From: Tubiluchus corallicola
Taxonomy: Eukaryota; Animalia; Priapulida
Direction: 5' to 3'
NCBI GenBank assembly: GCA_030141605.1
Contig: JAQGDQ010000013.1
Span: 820,447-884,446 of the forward strand
DNA: 64,000 nt
Part shown: piece by piece, positions 37,501 through 52,500 of the stretch
Layout of the letters: every line of letters begins with the position of its first letter
How positions within the stretch are numbered: position 1 is the first letter of the stretch
Notes under the pieces: model-generated
Database searches by the model: none
What the model was told of the DNA's origin: nothing
The model's input: only the letters and a program-made list of their open reading frames with translations
Program-made: the position numbers and the translations under genes

Positions 37501-40500
37501 TATCTTCTCACTGGTAGCTTATCTTTTCAATCAGGGCCGCTGGGCATCGTTGAAAAACGAGTGTTTTTGTCCATTTGCTGCATAACTGATACTTCTCTGC
37601 TTGACAAAATGGAAAGGTGCCAAGAATCAAGCTGGTAAAGGTTGAATAGCCTATTCAACTGTGGTGTAGGAGGCCTATTTACATTTTGTTTGACACCGTG
37701 GCTTTGTAGAATAAACATTTTGCCAAACCCACCTACACGATTTTTTTTTAAATTCTGCCCAAACACAATGTACAAAAATCGTTTATGCACATGGCTCTTC
37801 ATTAAGTTTTGTGACAAAGTTCTAAGCCCTTTTCGGAGGAGGACAAACAGGGTTACAAAAAAGAGGAAGTTTGCGAAATATCTTCACTACAGCTCATAAT
37901 AGTCACACATTTTCACTTCTGAGCTTTTTGTGCTTTCTCAGATTCTTGCATTTTAAAATTACTTAAAGCATAGCATTGTAGTGATGACAGTAGTTATATT
38001 TTGCATATAATGTTTGCTAAAAAGCTGCCTCCAGTAGGTAAACACACTGAATCTACCAGCATTCTTTTTGGTAAGGTAGGACAAATGCTAAGTACAATGT
38101 CCATGCATTAATAATTAGTAGCGATGAGCAAAATCTATTAGTAGTAAATAATTAAAACTCTTACAACCAGCTTGGTGTTGTTTGTCTAGTTCATTGATCA
38201 GTTTTTGAGCAGTAGCGATGTGCATTTCCACTTCCTTCAGTTCATCTACTGCATCTCTGTACACATCAGGCATATTTGTCTCACACGTCAGAGTGCTCAA
38301 GATGCGACTCCTAAAAATGAAGCAATAAGCGTTTTTCACGATTTCGTTGTGCGCACGTGCATTTGCTATAGGTCAAAGGTCAAGTGTACCCCACAGCAAC
38401 ACATCTTAACTACAACCGTCATGTGATACATGTGTAAAGCAAAACCGTCTGCCACACCGGTTCAGTAACATCAGTTGGACATGTTACACATGGACATCAC
38501 TTAATTATGCATTAGTCTGTGTGTAGAGCGATTTATTGGCAGGATCTTGTTTGGAAACAAGAAAATACTTGTACGGCTGACAAGTACGGTTGCTATAGCA
38601 ACAAGTTGTAAGCAAAATTCCTTGCATAAAGTCTGGTCGCTGGTCACTTGATAGTAGATACAAACCGCTAGTAATACAGTAGTAGCATCAGTAGTCAGAC
38701 ATGAAGCAAAAACATATAATAATTACACTATTTACGTTACTAGTGCATTATTATGGGACATGTGCTGTTTTAATGCATCAAATTGGGTAAAAAATGTTAT
38801 TGATAAAATAAGAATTTGCCTTAAGCAAAATAAAAAATTTATAAAAAAAAATTAAATAAAAAAATAAAATAAAAAGCAAATAAAATCTGATTAAAGTGCG
38901 TCGTTAAGTGAAAAAAGTGTGAAATGATCAGTGATGTTAAAACGAAACGTCGTTAAATAGGGAATCGTTAAGCAAGGACTTACTGTACTATTAAAAGTAT
39001 ACAAAAATAGATTATTTAAGCTAAGTAAAACAATAGCAAAAAAGATATGATTAAACAGGACATATAGAAACATGTGAAAAGCCATTTATATCTGTGAGTT
39101 AAAATCCATGAAACTTGTTTTATTTGTTGCTACTCACCGCAACATAAAACAACAGTCACTTTCATTGTTAAGCTATTGCAATAGTGAGTACTAGTAAGAG
39201 TTACTGACAAAATTATTAATAGCCAGTAACACTTAAGTATAATACTGCCGTGACTGGGACTGTTTCAGATGAACAGTAAATGATTTAGCTCACCTGCGGA
39301 ACTGTAAAGCTTGTATGCGCAACAGTAGTTCATCACGTCCCAGCTCAAAACTCATATGAGTAGCTTCATTTTCATTCTCTATTTGATCTACTTCCTCTTT
39401 TGTCTTTGCCTGAGATCCCTAAGTAAAAAGCCAAGTGGTTGAATGCTAGTAGACTTGAATCAAATACTTATATTATGTCATTTCTTTATAATTTGATACC
39501 CTGGTAGCATTCAAAATGCAAGGCTTACTTAACCCAAACGGTTGTTGTTAAACTGGATCACAGCTGTTGATCGAAGTCATGCTTCTAAGATGAGACACAA
39601 AATTGGGAAAGGTGACTTAGTTGGTCTGAGTTCAAGTTTCAAAGATATTATGTTAAGCTCACAACATTGTATGTCCCGAATGTCCCGGAAACTAAATATG
39701 CTGACTAAGCTGAAGATATCAACTCATTTACGGCACAACTTACTGTAAACAAAGCCAAATATTTGTATAAACTGAATAAAGTTTGTGGAAATAATGATCT
39801 CTAATTAATTTTCAAACACATGTAAATATTTCACGATTGCAATTAATATCACTCTAAAATTAAAATTATATTTCATGTAATGATGCGTCTCACTTGTCAA
39901 TGGACAAATTGTTTTATATGTTATATTTTTCTATTGGCTGTAGAAAATGCTGAATTTGTCAATAAACTATATATATAAGTCTTGATTTGGGGAATCAGTA
40001 AACTGTCGTGCACCCAAATATTGACGACCAATAAAATCAAAAGATCTTTGACATGTGAAAACTTGTGCAGAATTTACCTTCCAGTAGATATCATCTGGAT
40101 CAAAAAGAGACAGCTCTTCGAGTACTCTACTTTTGACCTCCTCCGACGGATGACTGAACGTCTCGAGAATCAGCGGAAGGCTAGAAAGAAAAAAATCAAC
40201 ATCAGACAAAAGGCGACGTCCACACGAGACACAGTAGTTAAACAGAAAGTGAGGGGGTAAATCATTGAAGTAGATGCAAAAAAACGAAGGGCCCAAGTTG
40301 ATCCTTGAGGGATGCCAAATGTCACGGCATCACAGCTACGGTTGACAGTAGGCAACGTCGATCCGTGATATTCTGCAATTACACTAAATAAACTATCGTC
40401 AAAGTAAAGGTTTTCTGGAGGCCGCGTCCAACAGTCGCTAATAAATTATCGCGACTGTGTTTTGTCGCCAGGCATTTGTGCCAACTTCTAAATAATTTTG

Positions 40501-43500
40501 CCCAATTTTTGCGAATTTCGTGCTTTTCTTCTCAAACAAAAGTGAAATTGTCTTGTGTCGAACAAAGAGTAATTTGTTGCATACAGACTTCACATGACAC
40601 GTTTGTTAGTGTTTGGCGACTTCTGCAACAAGGCGAATGTTGCACGATTTTTGCGTTGGATAAACTGCAATCATTTCACAACCATCTCACAGATATAAGT
40701 GTGGGACATCTGAGCCAAAATATCGCCAAAATGTTGAAAACTAGCCACAAAGTCATTGCATCACTCTCAAAAGCGTCTCAACAAAGTTTTTTCGCATATT
40801 CTGAAATTGATGACGAACGTCGCGTACATTCAGACAACTTAGGACAGTTTAAAGAAGTTTTGCGACTCCGACGAACTTTGAACATTTTAAAAAATTTTGC
40901 TGATGCCGCCACCTATTAACAAAAGTTTTACAACAATTTGGAAAACTCTTGATTTTGGACAGTTGCCGAAGTCACGAACCCTGTAACTGTCGCTCAAATA
41001 TACTAGACACAGTAGGCTACGCTTAATAGACTCAGAGTTAATTGACTCAATCGCTTAATTGACTCAAAAATGCCTGGTACAAGCCACTTCTAGTCAAATA
41101 TACATAAAAACTGTCAGTAATTGACTCAAGTAACTCTACATAATTAACTCAATATTTTTCATTCGCATACTCAAAGTAAAACATTTGTATGTGCCCAAAG
41201 AGCCTTTCCTACTTTTACGTCATCTTTACTTTGCTTTTGTGCACCACAATATATGTAGAAACAATCATGTTAAGTACCGTTTTGTTTGTAAGCACGAACA
41301 TTTAAAATGCACTAATATGCTAGTGTAGCAGTTTTGCTTTGAATCTGTTACCTGCTAGTCACTGCGTTACCCAAGAATTTCTAGAAGCTAAACATTTAAT
41401 CACTTGTCTAGCGACTTCCTTTCGAAGCTCCTGTTGCAAATCGCCTTTTCACGCTTAATCAGTTAACAGTTACTGATGCAGGTACAATTTTTGCAAATAA
41501 GCAGACTTCTGTTATTTAGAAAAGTATACTTTTTAATTTATTGCTAATTCACTTATATAAATTAATATTTTAAATTTTTTTTTAATTTTTAACTGTACAA
41601 AGGAATTTAGGCATTGCTTCGTTTCTAAAATTCATTATAAAACTTTGCAGTGCATACTAAGCTGATGACTCAAACTTTTATAGCAGTAATACTACACTCA
41701 TCAGTTAATAGGTTCAATCGGTTAATTGAGTCAAAACACTTCGGTCCCAAAGTGAGTCTATTAAGCAGTGCCTACTGTATAAAACTTTGCCTTGGTTTAA
41801 CATAAAAACTTACCAATTGAGCTCAAATATACTAATGCAAGATTTAACATTGTCTGGGCTCTCACCATCACAAATGCCTCTGACTTCATTCCTGCAATCA
41901 TCAAAAATAAATACAGTAAGTCCTCACTTAGCGGCGCTAATGCGTTCCAGCGAAATGTGACGTTAAGTGAAACATTGTTAAATGAAGCCAAGACTTGCAT
42001 AGAGAGTAATGTAAAAGAATTGAGATGCGTCAAAAATCAATACTGCTTAAATCATATAACTTAAACATTCTATGAGTTTTATTCATATTTCTACTGATTG
42101 ATGTCTTCCTGTTTGCCTGAAGCCACCTATATACTTTATTTACCATTACCTAGCTATAATGGTTTCCCTTTCATTAAAGTTTAAGCCTAGGCAGCTGTCA
42201 AATAATAAAACCTGCAGAATAAAGCCACGACCTGGGGCAACCTTCTAAACCTTGTCTACATACATTGCACTTAGTCTGGTTGTTACAGCGACAAGTTGCA
42301 GGCAAAATTGCTGGCTGATTACTTGATACAAACCGCTAGTAAAGCAGCAGTAGCATCAGTAACAAAAATATGTATTATAATTACAAAGTTTACATTACTA
42401 GTGCGTTTTAGAACAGAATAATGCAACAGGTGCCATTTGAATGCATCAAATTAGGTAAGAATTTTGTTAATCAAATAAATTTGCGTTGAGCAAAATAAAA
42501 AAAATAGTTGTTAAAGCAAAATGTGCATCGTTAAGTGAAAAAAAGAGTGTCAAAATGTACATTAAAATGGGGAGTTGATAAGCGAGGAATTACTGTATTA
42601 CAAAAAACAGCAGCACATAAGTATACCAAAAATTCCAGGAATTTGTGATTCTGTTATATGTGAAAATGTTTAAGGAAAAGAAAAAACCTTCCATAAGCAC
42701 CTACCATTGCAGTTCTTGAAACAGTTCTAGATTTTTCTCTTTTGGCAACGTAACTCTGGCTATAGCCAACTTTTTAAGTCTCAACTGGAACAATAAAAAA
42801 GACAAAAGTGAATAGAAAAGTGAGCAAAAATATGAGACCATCTGTGATTTCAATTGTCTGTATTAGGGTAAAAGTAAAAATAATGTAAAGTAAATGTAAA
42901 AAAGTTAAATTTTTTTATATAAACACATTTGTTTATCAGCAGCATTAACATCACAAAAGCTGCCTGAAATTCGTGATGACCGAGAAATGCATTAAAAACA
43001 ACCTACTTTACTTCGTAAGAAATCAGTTTGCCACAATAAACTAGAGATGTCAGCACTTGTCACATAGGATCTGTCATCATAGTTAATTAAGAAACCACGT
43101 ACCTTACTTTGCAAGCAATCAGTTTGCCATAGTAAACTAGAGACGTTAGTATTTGTCACATAGGGTTTGCCATCATAGTTAATTGAAAAACCACATACCT
43201 TACTTCGTAAGCAATCAGTTTGCCACAATAAACTAGAGATGTCAGCACTTGTCACATACGGTTTGTCATTATAGTTAATTAGATGGATACTGTTTTCTTC
43301 ACTAAGCTGAATTCTGAAATAAATAAATACTTCATGAGTGGCAAATTTTTACCACAGTTCCTCGTCTAAGAACTTAAAATACATTCACACAAACACAATT
43401 TACCTCTGTAATACTTCACTTTATTACTATTTACCTCTGTAATACTTCACTCTCCTACTAACCACTAGCAACCAGATGAATATTAAAAAAAAACAAATAA

Positions 43501-46500
43501 TTCAACTGACTAGATTGTGAGAAGTATGAATTATTACCACAGCATAACGATAAAGTTGACAGGTTAAAGAAAAATCGGAGGATTGATTAGTCTCAATCTC
43601 ATTTTAATATACTGTCAAGAATATACGTTTTCTTGCCTATAAAAGTTAGCAATTGCTTCTAATATTTGAATAATTACTTTGGAAGGTCGATTAGCAGCAA
43701 CCAAACGCAGCTATCGCTTACATCACAAATTAACCACAGTGCAATGGTAGGCATCTTCCCAGGGTGTCAACCACGTTTGTGCAAGCTGATGTGATGTCAC
43801 GAAAATGAGTTCTACGTCACACTGACGTCAGAGGCAAACACTGCACTTCATGCTTACCTATTCGTTGGCCACACAAATGTGACAGAAAAGGTGCCATTGT
43901 CAGTCTTAGTAGATTCGCAGAACCACGGGTAGCTTTGAAAGTTTAGCAAAATTTAACTATATGAGATAATTATTATTTAATCTAAGTTCTGATTCAAAAA
44001 AAGTTGTAGTTTTCAATATTTTGGAGCACACTTTATTTTGAACTAATGTCTACACTGATTGCCCGATTGTCCGGTTTTCCCTTCAGTAAAGCAGTAAAAA
44101 TAAAAACACGTACAATTTCACTTGTCTAGGTTTATCCAGCTCCAGTTCTGCATTTATCTGTTGTTGTAAAATATCTTCATTTGATCTGTTAGAACTGAAA
44201 AATAAGAAACAGTTAAGAGAACAAGAAAAAATAGCCAATCAAGAGGTTGTTTATTTGCGAGATACAAACATAGAAAACAAAATTTAATTCGTTTACATGT
44301 TGACCTATTCGATTAGTAAGTGTAAGAAGACTTTATTCAATTCTGTACTCTTATCTGGTACAAAATTACAAACTAATGCTTAAAAGAACAACACTAATTA
44401 TAAATAAAGCTATGAGTCCTTGTGCACACAATGCGTGATACGTATTGAGTGTTTCCATCTTTCTGCCATGTTTGGTGTGGCTATTTGTGAAAATTGTAAG
44501 CAATAATTTTTGGAAACCGTGTCTCTGTCGAAATTTAAAAGCGTGATAATTACAGCTGCAGCATTAGCTTAACATTGTACTACTAGACGGAAAAGAAAGC
44601 ACAGCTTTTGGGTGCACGACATTTTACAGGGAAGAGAAATAATATGGCCAGTATCATCATTTAGTGAAAGAACTGCAGTTAGATGCACAACACATAACTA
44701 TGTGCTTCTTTCAGCTCTCCAAAACTCAAATAGAAAGAATATTATTGTTTATTGGAGCTAATGTGACCAAAACTCACCTAACTACAATTTTCAGAAAGCT
44801 AAACAGCGAAAATGGTCACCGGAAACTTGAAAACTTGCTATATCACCTAGACAATGGCAGTTTCCTATCTGTGTATTGTTGAGTGATGCGAATTCGGGCG
44901 ATAGTGATCACGTTCAAATAAATACTGATCACACATCATGCATCACGGATCATGCATCATGCACACATGGAGTCGTGTCTAAGAAAGCAATACTGCTGAT
45001 ACCAATTACCAATATTAAATAACTACATATTAAATATATTTAATTTTAATTAAATGTAGAAAATGGTAGACAAGTGCACTAGACTACTAAGTAAGTACAG
45101 AATAAATTACCTAACTTGGATTTTGGCTAAAAAAAGTATTTCAATACTGCATCATTACACATTATTACTGCACAAACTAAACATACCTGATGTCCATATA
45201 AGCAGAATATTGAGTTACGTCTCCATAGGTGGCAGCAAGCTGCGCCATGTACGCATTTGCAGCTTCCAAATCTCCTGGAGCCATTTTATTTAAAGATGAT
45301 TGATTATTATGAATAAAATAGTCAAGAAATTCAACCGGATTCATATCTTTAACCTAAAATACAGTTTAACAAATAAAATTATTTTTAAAATGAAATGTAT
45401 TTCAATTTATTGTTGTAATAACCTGGCAGTAATCAGTTATTTTTTTACTTATTAAATTACTTAACAGTTAGAAATTAATATGCAAGCTTTAAAGCCTGTA
45501 GGCTATGACAATCACGGAAAGCTAGTAACTTCAATACGCAAACAATGGGGAACTATCCCAGTCTCGAATGTACCGCATAACCTGCTCTATGAACTTCACA
45601 GAAAGATTCTGCAACTTTGAGATCTCACTTTATGACTACGAAACTAAAGTTTTTTTCCAAGTAGAATCACTTTTCTCTGGTGTAACTTGACATACCAGAC
45701 AGAAATACTTGTGGCACTATGTTCTTTCACACAAGACAACATGAAAACCGCAGAAGAGTCACTCATTTTAGTCAAAATTTTACAAAATGCCTCAGGAAAT
45801 ATTTAAACACAAAACACACATTCCATGAAAGAAAAGCTTTTTCACAGTTTCAGCGATTGATGATGATTGTGAAAAGGTCAAATGTTAAGTGTAGCAGACA
45901 ACGCATTTGTGTACACTTGACAATGTTTCGTGGCCCATGCTATTGTATTAGCAACAGTTTAAACAGCTAGCTAAGAACTTATCTAGTTCATTTTTCTTAT
46001 TTTAAACCACAATCTTGCTAGTAAATCACTTTACGCAACAGACTAATGCATAATTAAATACAGTCCACATAACTCAACTGAAGTTACTGAACTGATGCAA
46101 CAGATGTCTTTGCTTTACCCACATGTCACGCGGCGGTTATAGTCAAGACGCATTACTGTTATACACTTAACCTTTGACCCACAGTAACTACGCATGCACA
46201 CAATGAAACTGTGCAATGTCTTGTAACCCACCTCATCTGGCATTGCCTTCACTGCATGTCCATCTTTAATAAGAACTTCATGAATGTACATGTCCTCCTC
46301 ACTATGAGTGTCACACAGGTACATAGATACCACACCGCACTACACGCACAATAAAAAACAAATTAAATCTTTAATATTTTACATTTTAGCATTGACTTCA
46401 AAATTCTAGTATTTTCCTACAAAATTTTGCATGGACAGTGTGCAACATATTTGTCTGATCATTTATTTCTGTATAGTCCTGCTCATGATGGTGTTGCAAA

Positions 46501-49500
46501 ATGTGCCACTGATCCTTTACAGTTAAAAGAGACCAGATATAAGCAAGAAACATGTGACCATCGTGCTTTTGTAGTTACTGCTCCATGATTGTGAAATCGC
46601 TTACCATGCGTCAACTACCAACATTATAAACTTTTAAAAAAACGTTTAAAAGCACACCTTTTGAGGCAGAATTATGGATTATAGTTTTATTTGTACATTA
46701 TTCAATCTTACGATGACTTTTAAAATATCAGAAGCTTGGCACAAAACAGAATTAATATAATATTATGATTTTATGAATGATTAATTTTATAATGACTGTG
46801 TATGTAATTGTGAATTGTAACTTTTTAATTGTAAAGTACATCAAGATCTCCCATGTGATGTGCTGTACAAATAATATATTACTATTATTATTATTATTAT
46901 TATTATTATTACTACTACTGCTGCTGCTGCTACTACTACCACTACCACTACCACTACCACTACCATTATTATTATTATGATTATTATTATTATCAAAACA
47001 GATTTATCTTAATTGTATGCAAAAGAATCTTGAATGTAATTATTGGGTAAAGCTAACAGACACAGTCGCTTGCAACAGAATTATAAACTAATTATGCCTG
47101 AAATGTTACAATTTAAAACACGATTTCATTTATTAGAATTATTAAATGTTATTAAAGCTTCTAGCATAAAAATAAACATTGGCAGAAAGCCCGAACACTC
47201 AGTATCTAACCTTCATCTTTGACTCAAAAACTTCAAACGCTATAGTTAAAGAAAGGAACAAGTCACTCACTACGTTGGGTTTATTTTACAGCTATCACTT
47301 AAACGTAGAAAAATATAACGCAAAAATTGGCAAAGAACGACCTATAAAACATAAATTTAGAATGGCCTACCTCTGAAAAGAGATTTTAGGTGCGGTGGTT
47401 GCCGTCGTTCACTTGAAAATCATAAGGTAACTAGGAGACTTTGTGACTTTTCATAAGCGCATCGTGGCTTTCCCTAAGCAGGCGCTACTTAAACTAATTC
47501 AAACTTCTGCAGTTTACCTAACGGTCACTCAAAAATATTACAAAATCATCTAATTTTCGTGTGAAAACTTATTATACTTTTGATGAAGATTAACCGAGCG
47601 CTACTTTTCTTCAAGACGAATGACGTCATTGGAAGAAGAATGGGCATTGAAAATGGGAGCGCCTACATATGAAATGTTCGCAACTTTAAAGTGATTTTAC
47701 TATTCACACGACATGCCTATTGTAATTTTATTACTAAATCCTTCTAGCACTTTTTGTGAACATTGAAATGAGCCTAACCTCTTTAAAGCTTGACTTTTAC
47801 TTTAAAACAGAAACAGACTCAGTACTTTATTAAAACCACGAGACACTTACATCGGTGATCTCTTCAATCATTCCATACAATGGTTTATCTCTTACAAGGT
47901 CCAGCAAGGCAGCTTTGCAAGCGTAAGTCCAGCGTCGCTAAAAGAAAAAACTTTATAGATGCAAACATTAAGCCAATGCAGAAGAATTTAAATCAGTGTA
48001 AATAAAACAAACAGTTAATCAGCAAATAATGAAAAATTAAAATCAATAATCACCCCATTTGCAGGTGTGATACCAGTTAATTTTGCTCGTATTGCCAGCA
48101 TTGGAATGTCCATGAAACACATCCTAAAATAACAAAAATGAACTTGCAGATGTCCTACTGGAATAAACGTATCAGTTTAAAAACATAACACCTACCAAAG
48201 GAACAGATTCTGTTAATTTGATTTATTACAATTTTCTTGTGAATGAAATAGTGAGGCACAGCAAAAATTAGGAAAGGGAATTTTTTTTAGCAATTTGGGA
48301 ATAATTAATTGGAAGCGGTAAAGTCAGACTTTTCTAATGCATTTAAATAATCGCTTCCATGTGATAGACACAGCTTTATGTGTTTTGTTATAGGAGGATA
48401 GGATGATTTTTTGTATACTACTCCACTTTCAAGCACGGCATTTAATACTGCAAAAGCGTTTCTGGTAACTAAATAAAAGATTAAAATCTTAATTAACAAC
48501 AGGCGAGCCCAACTAGGCATGACATTATAAACTAACATAATTTTCAACAGCAAAAATATTCTACAATCGTGTCGCACATGTTTGCGAAAGTGAAAATTGA
48601 ATTACAGTGCTACTGTAAGATATTAAGTGTGTTGTAATAAAACTAGGCAAGTTTTAAGATAAAAATTCAAATTTCAAATTTACCAGTGTTTGTTCATCAC
48701 AAAATAACACATCTGAACTGAGAAGTATAGCACTTGTTTTTGTGTAATACATTTCTGAAATGCAGGTGCCTGTCTAACTAGCACATGGTGAAGTGCATGT
48801 AACAGTGAAGAACTAGTGGTGCAAATGTGAAATTGTGTTTGTGTCGTAATAATTATTTCACGTAAATCATTTTTGAAAAATAGTATGTTTCCTTTCAATA
48901 TTTTAAAGAGTAGATTGTTTTAACTTACAGTTTAACATTAGGTCCGCGCGTACACGAAATTATATTGGTGTGGTAATAATTCTTTCACGTAAGTAATTCT
49001 TTAAAAAAATAGTGTTTCCTTTCAATATTTTAAAGAGAAGTTTGTTTTGACCTATAGTTTAAGATTGGGTCCGGTTTTGCTTTAATGGCAGTAGGAAGAA
49101 TACGAGATTTGATGTGGTTTATATCAGTACTGGTTGAGCTAAAAAAAAGAGTAAGAAAATAGGGGGTGAAAAATTTGAATACAAATACATAGATTCTTAA
49201 CCTATTAATTAGTAAGCAAGAATTACAGATTATATTAGTTAATAAGTTTGTACAATTAAATTAGGATCAGTTTTATTTCTAAAGAGTGAGAAATATGACA
49301 AATCAGCTACAACACTGGCCAAAGTTGTATCTCACATCCCTTGATAGTGATGATTTATAAAAGTTCCCATGAGTTAACATCAGTAATAAAGTTTAAAAAG
49401 CAACATACTTAATCATTCGGCAGCAGGAACGCGGAACGCATGCAGTTCCCCCGTAGTCAACGTAAAACACCTAAACAAAAAACAATTATTAATACAATTG

Positions 49501-52500
49501 TAACTGAATTAGGCACAGTTATGGTTGCTATACATATATGTAATTACTAAAAAATCATTTTTTAATATATGCACCGTAATCCAAGCTGTGTGGTCTAATA
49601 GGGATGGTACAGCAAATTTTCCAGTTTTGTTTAGTTCGGATTTGACTCGAATAATTCACCAGTTCAACTATGTACGTTATTTTATCCTACAAACGTTAAA
49701 ACATTTGAAACGTCATGCAATGAGCACAATTTAGCTGCAATATCTGCGATTCTGTGTGCAATTTATAAACATATTATTGGTGTTTTTACTGCACAACAAA
49801 ATTAAGCAATGAGATTAGCTGTTCTTTTATAATTTGGAAACTAATTGCAAAAACTTTGAAACAAAAATTGAATTTGAAATTTTGAAATTCGATTTGACCC
49901 GAGTTTGAAAGTCAAAAATTCAATTTGAATTCAAAATCTTGAATTTCATTTGACTGCAGTTTCAAAGTCAAAAATTCGATTCGATTGTTCATTTCTTTCT
50001 CATGTTTCTTAGAGAAAAAGACCATTACAATCGCATCCACAGACGTATTACATACAATTGCACAAACTGAAAACAAAATTACTACAATTACTCATCAAGT
50101 GAGCATTTAATTAGTGAACAAATGATGTAACTGCTTGCAGCTGAGGTAAAAGCTAGAACTTGTAAAGTCTAACTGCAATGCATGACGTGTTGTTAGGTGC
50201 GAGGGGAGGGTAAAGAGATGTGCAATGAAAGGGGATGACGTGATGGTAAAATTAGGGCATAAGTAAGTAATGTAAGTAAAAGAGAAGAAAAAGTTAAAAA
50301 TTGGAAAAGATGGAAAAACACGAGGTGATAATGATGAAAATGCAATGAAATAGATATAGCACGGTAAGTGTGTTATGTACACAGGAACGGACTATGAATG
50401 GCAACCAATGCAACATGGAAAGAGAATTCAAATTCACTTTCTGATAGAGAGAATACTCACATTCAGTAAATAACATTTCATAAAAGCGAACATACATGGG
50501 CGCCGCCAAAGTTCAAAAATTTGACGCACAAGCAGCTAGTGGTCTGGGGCCGCCACCAACGCATTTTCCTGTATTCAAGCACATTTTGAAATATCTATTG
50601 AAATGAGATCTAAATTCTGGTACGTAGACTTTGTCAAATGTGAAAAATTCTACTTTAATTAATAAATATATTTTACCTATATTTACGTAGATATATTCAT
50701 TGTATTCTATTGTAGTAGTCATATATCTTAAAAGCAAGTTTGTAATACACTGCATTGCGAATGACCCATTACTTAAACTTAATTTACTTAGTGTCAAGAC
50801 TATCTATTCAGCAAAATGTGGATAGTCAAACATAAAACTTGAGACTATTAAGTTTTACAGCCTACACACTGTTCATACACAATTTAATTAAGTTTTTGCG
50901 CGAGTGCTAATTTTTCCCACCGGACACAGCTAATGGGCAGAATGTCTCGGGTACGGATGCATTTTACTGCATTTTAGACCATTTTGCAGTTCGTAGAAGC
51001 TATTTCCTCACGCAAGTTCACTAGTTTAAAACTCATTATATCACCTCAAACTCGTGACTCACAATTTCACTAGTACTGTGAAAAGGGGTGCAGGCCCCCT
51101 GCGCCCACCCCCAAAATGCAAAAGTGCAGTTACAGTTAGCTAAAAACTGTCTAGACAACAGAAATCGATAAAAGAATTGACACTATGTAAGTGACATACA
51201 TGAACAGAACTTCACTATGCAAATCAACTGACTGCTCGGGGATTGTGCAAACAAACAAGGGGTTGATGTGTTTCTTGGTTTCCTGCTAAAAAACTTTATT
51301 TAGCCATAAAAAATCTCGCCGGCGCCCATGTGAACATGTAGATTTTGCCTTTCTGCAGGCCTATATGTTTCTACAAGTCAAATGACTAGAAAATAGGTTA
51401 ATGTATGTTTTATACCTCGACAAAATTCAGATCAGGCACAGCCACAATTGTTACTCTGTGCCACTCTTCTCCTTCCGGAAACTTTGCCACACATGCTTGC
51501 CCTTTCACAAATAGATTGTTAGGCATTGTATAATTATCTGAAGTTGTGCCATAATAGACTCGCCTGTAATATAGTGGGAGTCTTATTTTCAGAAATATTT
51601 CCGTAACTTATACAATAAACACAAACGAAATTAAAGTTAAGAATAATTCACCTCTTTCGAGGGGCAGCAAAGACAAATTTAAAGTCCGTCCTAAAAAACT
51701 TTCAACACAAAGTTATATTACTTTGCATGACACTTAACTGGTTGGAAGACTTATGTAACTAGAAAAGAAATTTAAATGTTCGTGTTAGCTGGTTAAACGT
51801 AACCTTCCCAGTACGCACCGTTGTTTCACCAAAAAAAACATTTTTAATCTTATTGAAAAGATACAATGATACTTTTGCTTGGTTAGTGAAGCGTGCGCTA
51901 TAAATGTTCTAATTGTTTTTCAAACTTCATGCAACGTTATCTAAAGTTGTTTCAGAAGACCTACCATCAAAATGGCTGCACCTAAACGGACAACGCGTTA
52001 CAGCGTTGAGGCTAACACAAGATCCGTGTGTAATAATTAAGTGGCATAAAATTTCAATACAATTTTTTTAGCTTTATGTAAGTAAAGGGTTTTCTGATGC
52101 TTTAACTCTTTCAGGACCGTAAACATTTGCTGAATATTCCATGGGTTCATGAAAAAAGCTCTTACTATGTAACAATTATGTTATATTTGATAGTGTTTGT
52201 AGGTTTCTACTCCTCACACAATGGGCTTTCAAGTAAAATTATATATAAAATGCATTTGCTCACCTTAGACAAAGTAAAATTGACGTATAAATTGAAAAGC
52301 ATAATATTACTTATGTGAAATTGGTTAATACAGAAAATTTTAACATTCCAGATACAACACTCTGATACACTTTGACCTCAAGTCTACTCTATTTTTAAGG
52401 AAAATTTCCTGTTAGAAAATGAAACGACATTATTTGTCTTTGGCTGACCTGTTGGCTTTTTTCTGGAATTGCAGCAGAGCACTGCACAGCTTGAGCTTTA

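Noticed and set aside
37480-37900. Extra TDRD5 exon or hAT transposase remnant (TIFVHC)
   Set aside because: Not needed for phase, contains stops, and the motif similarity is too weak to call.
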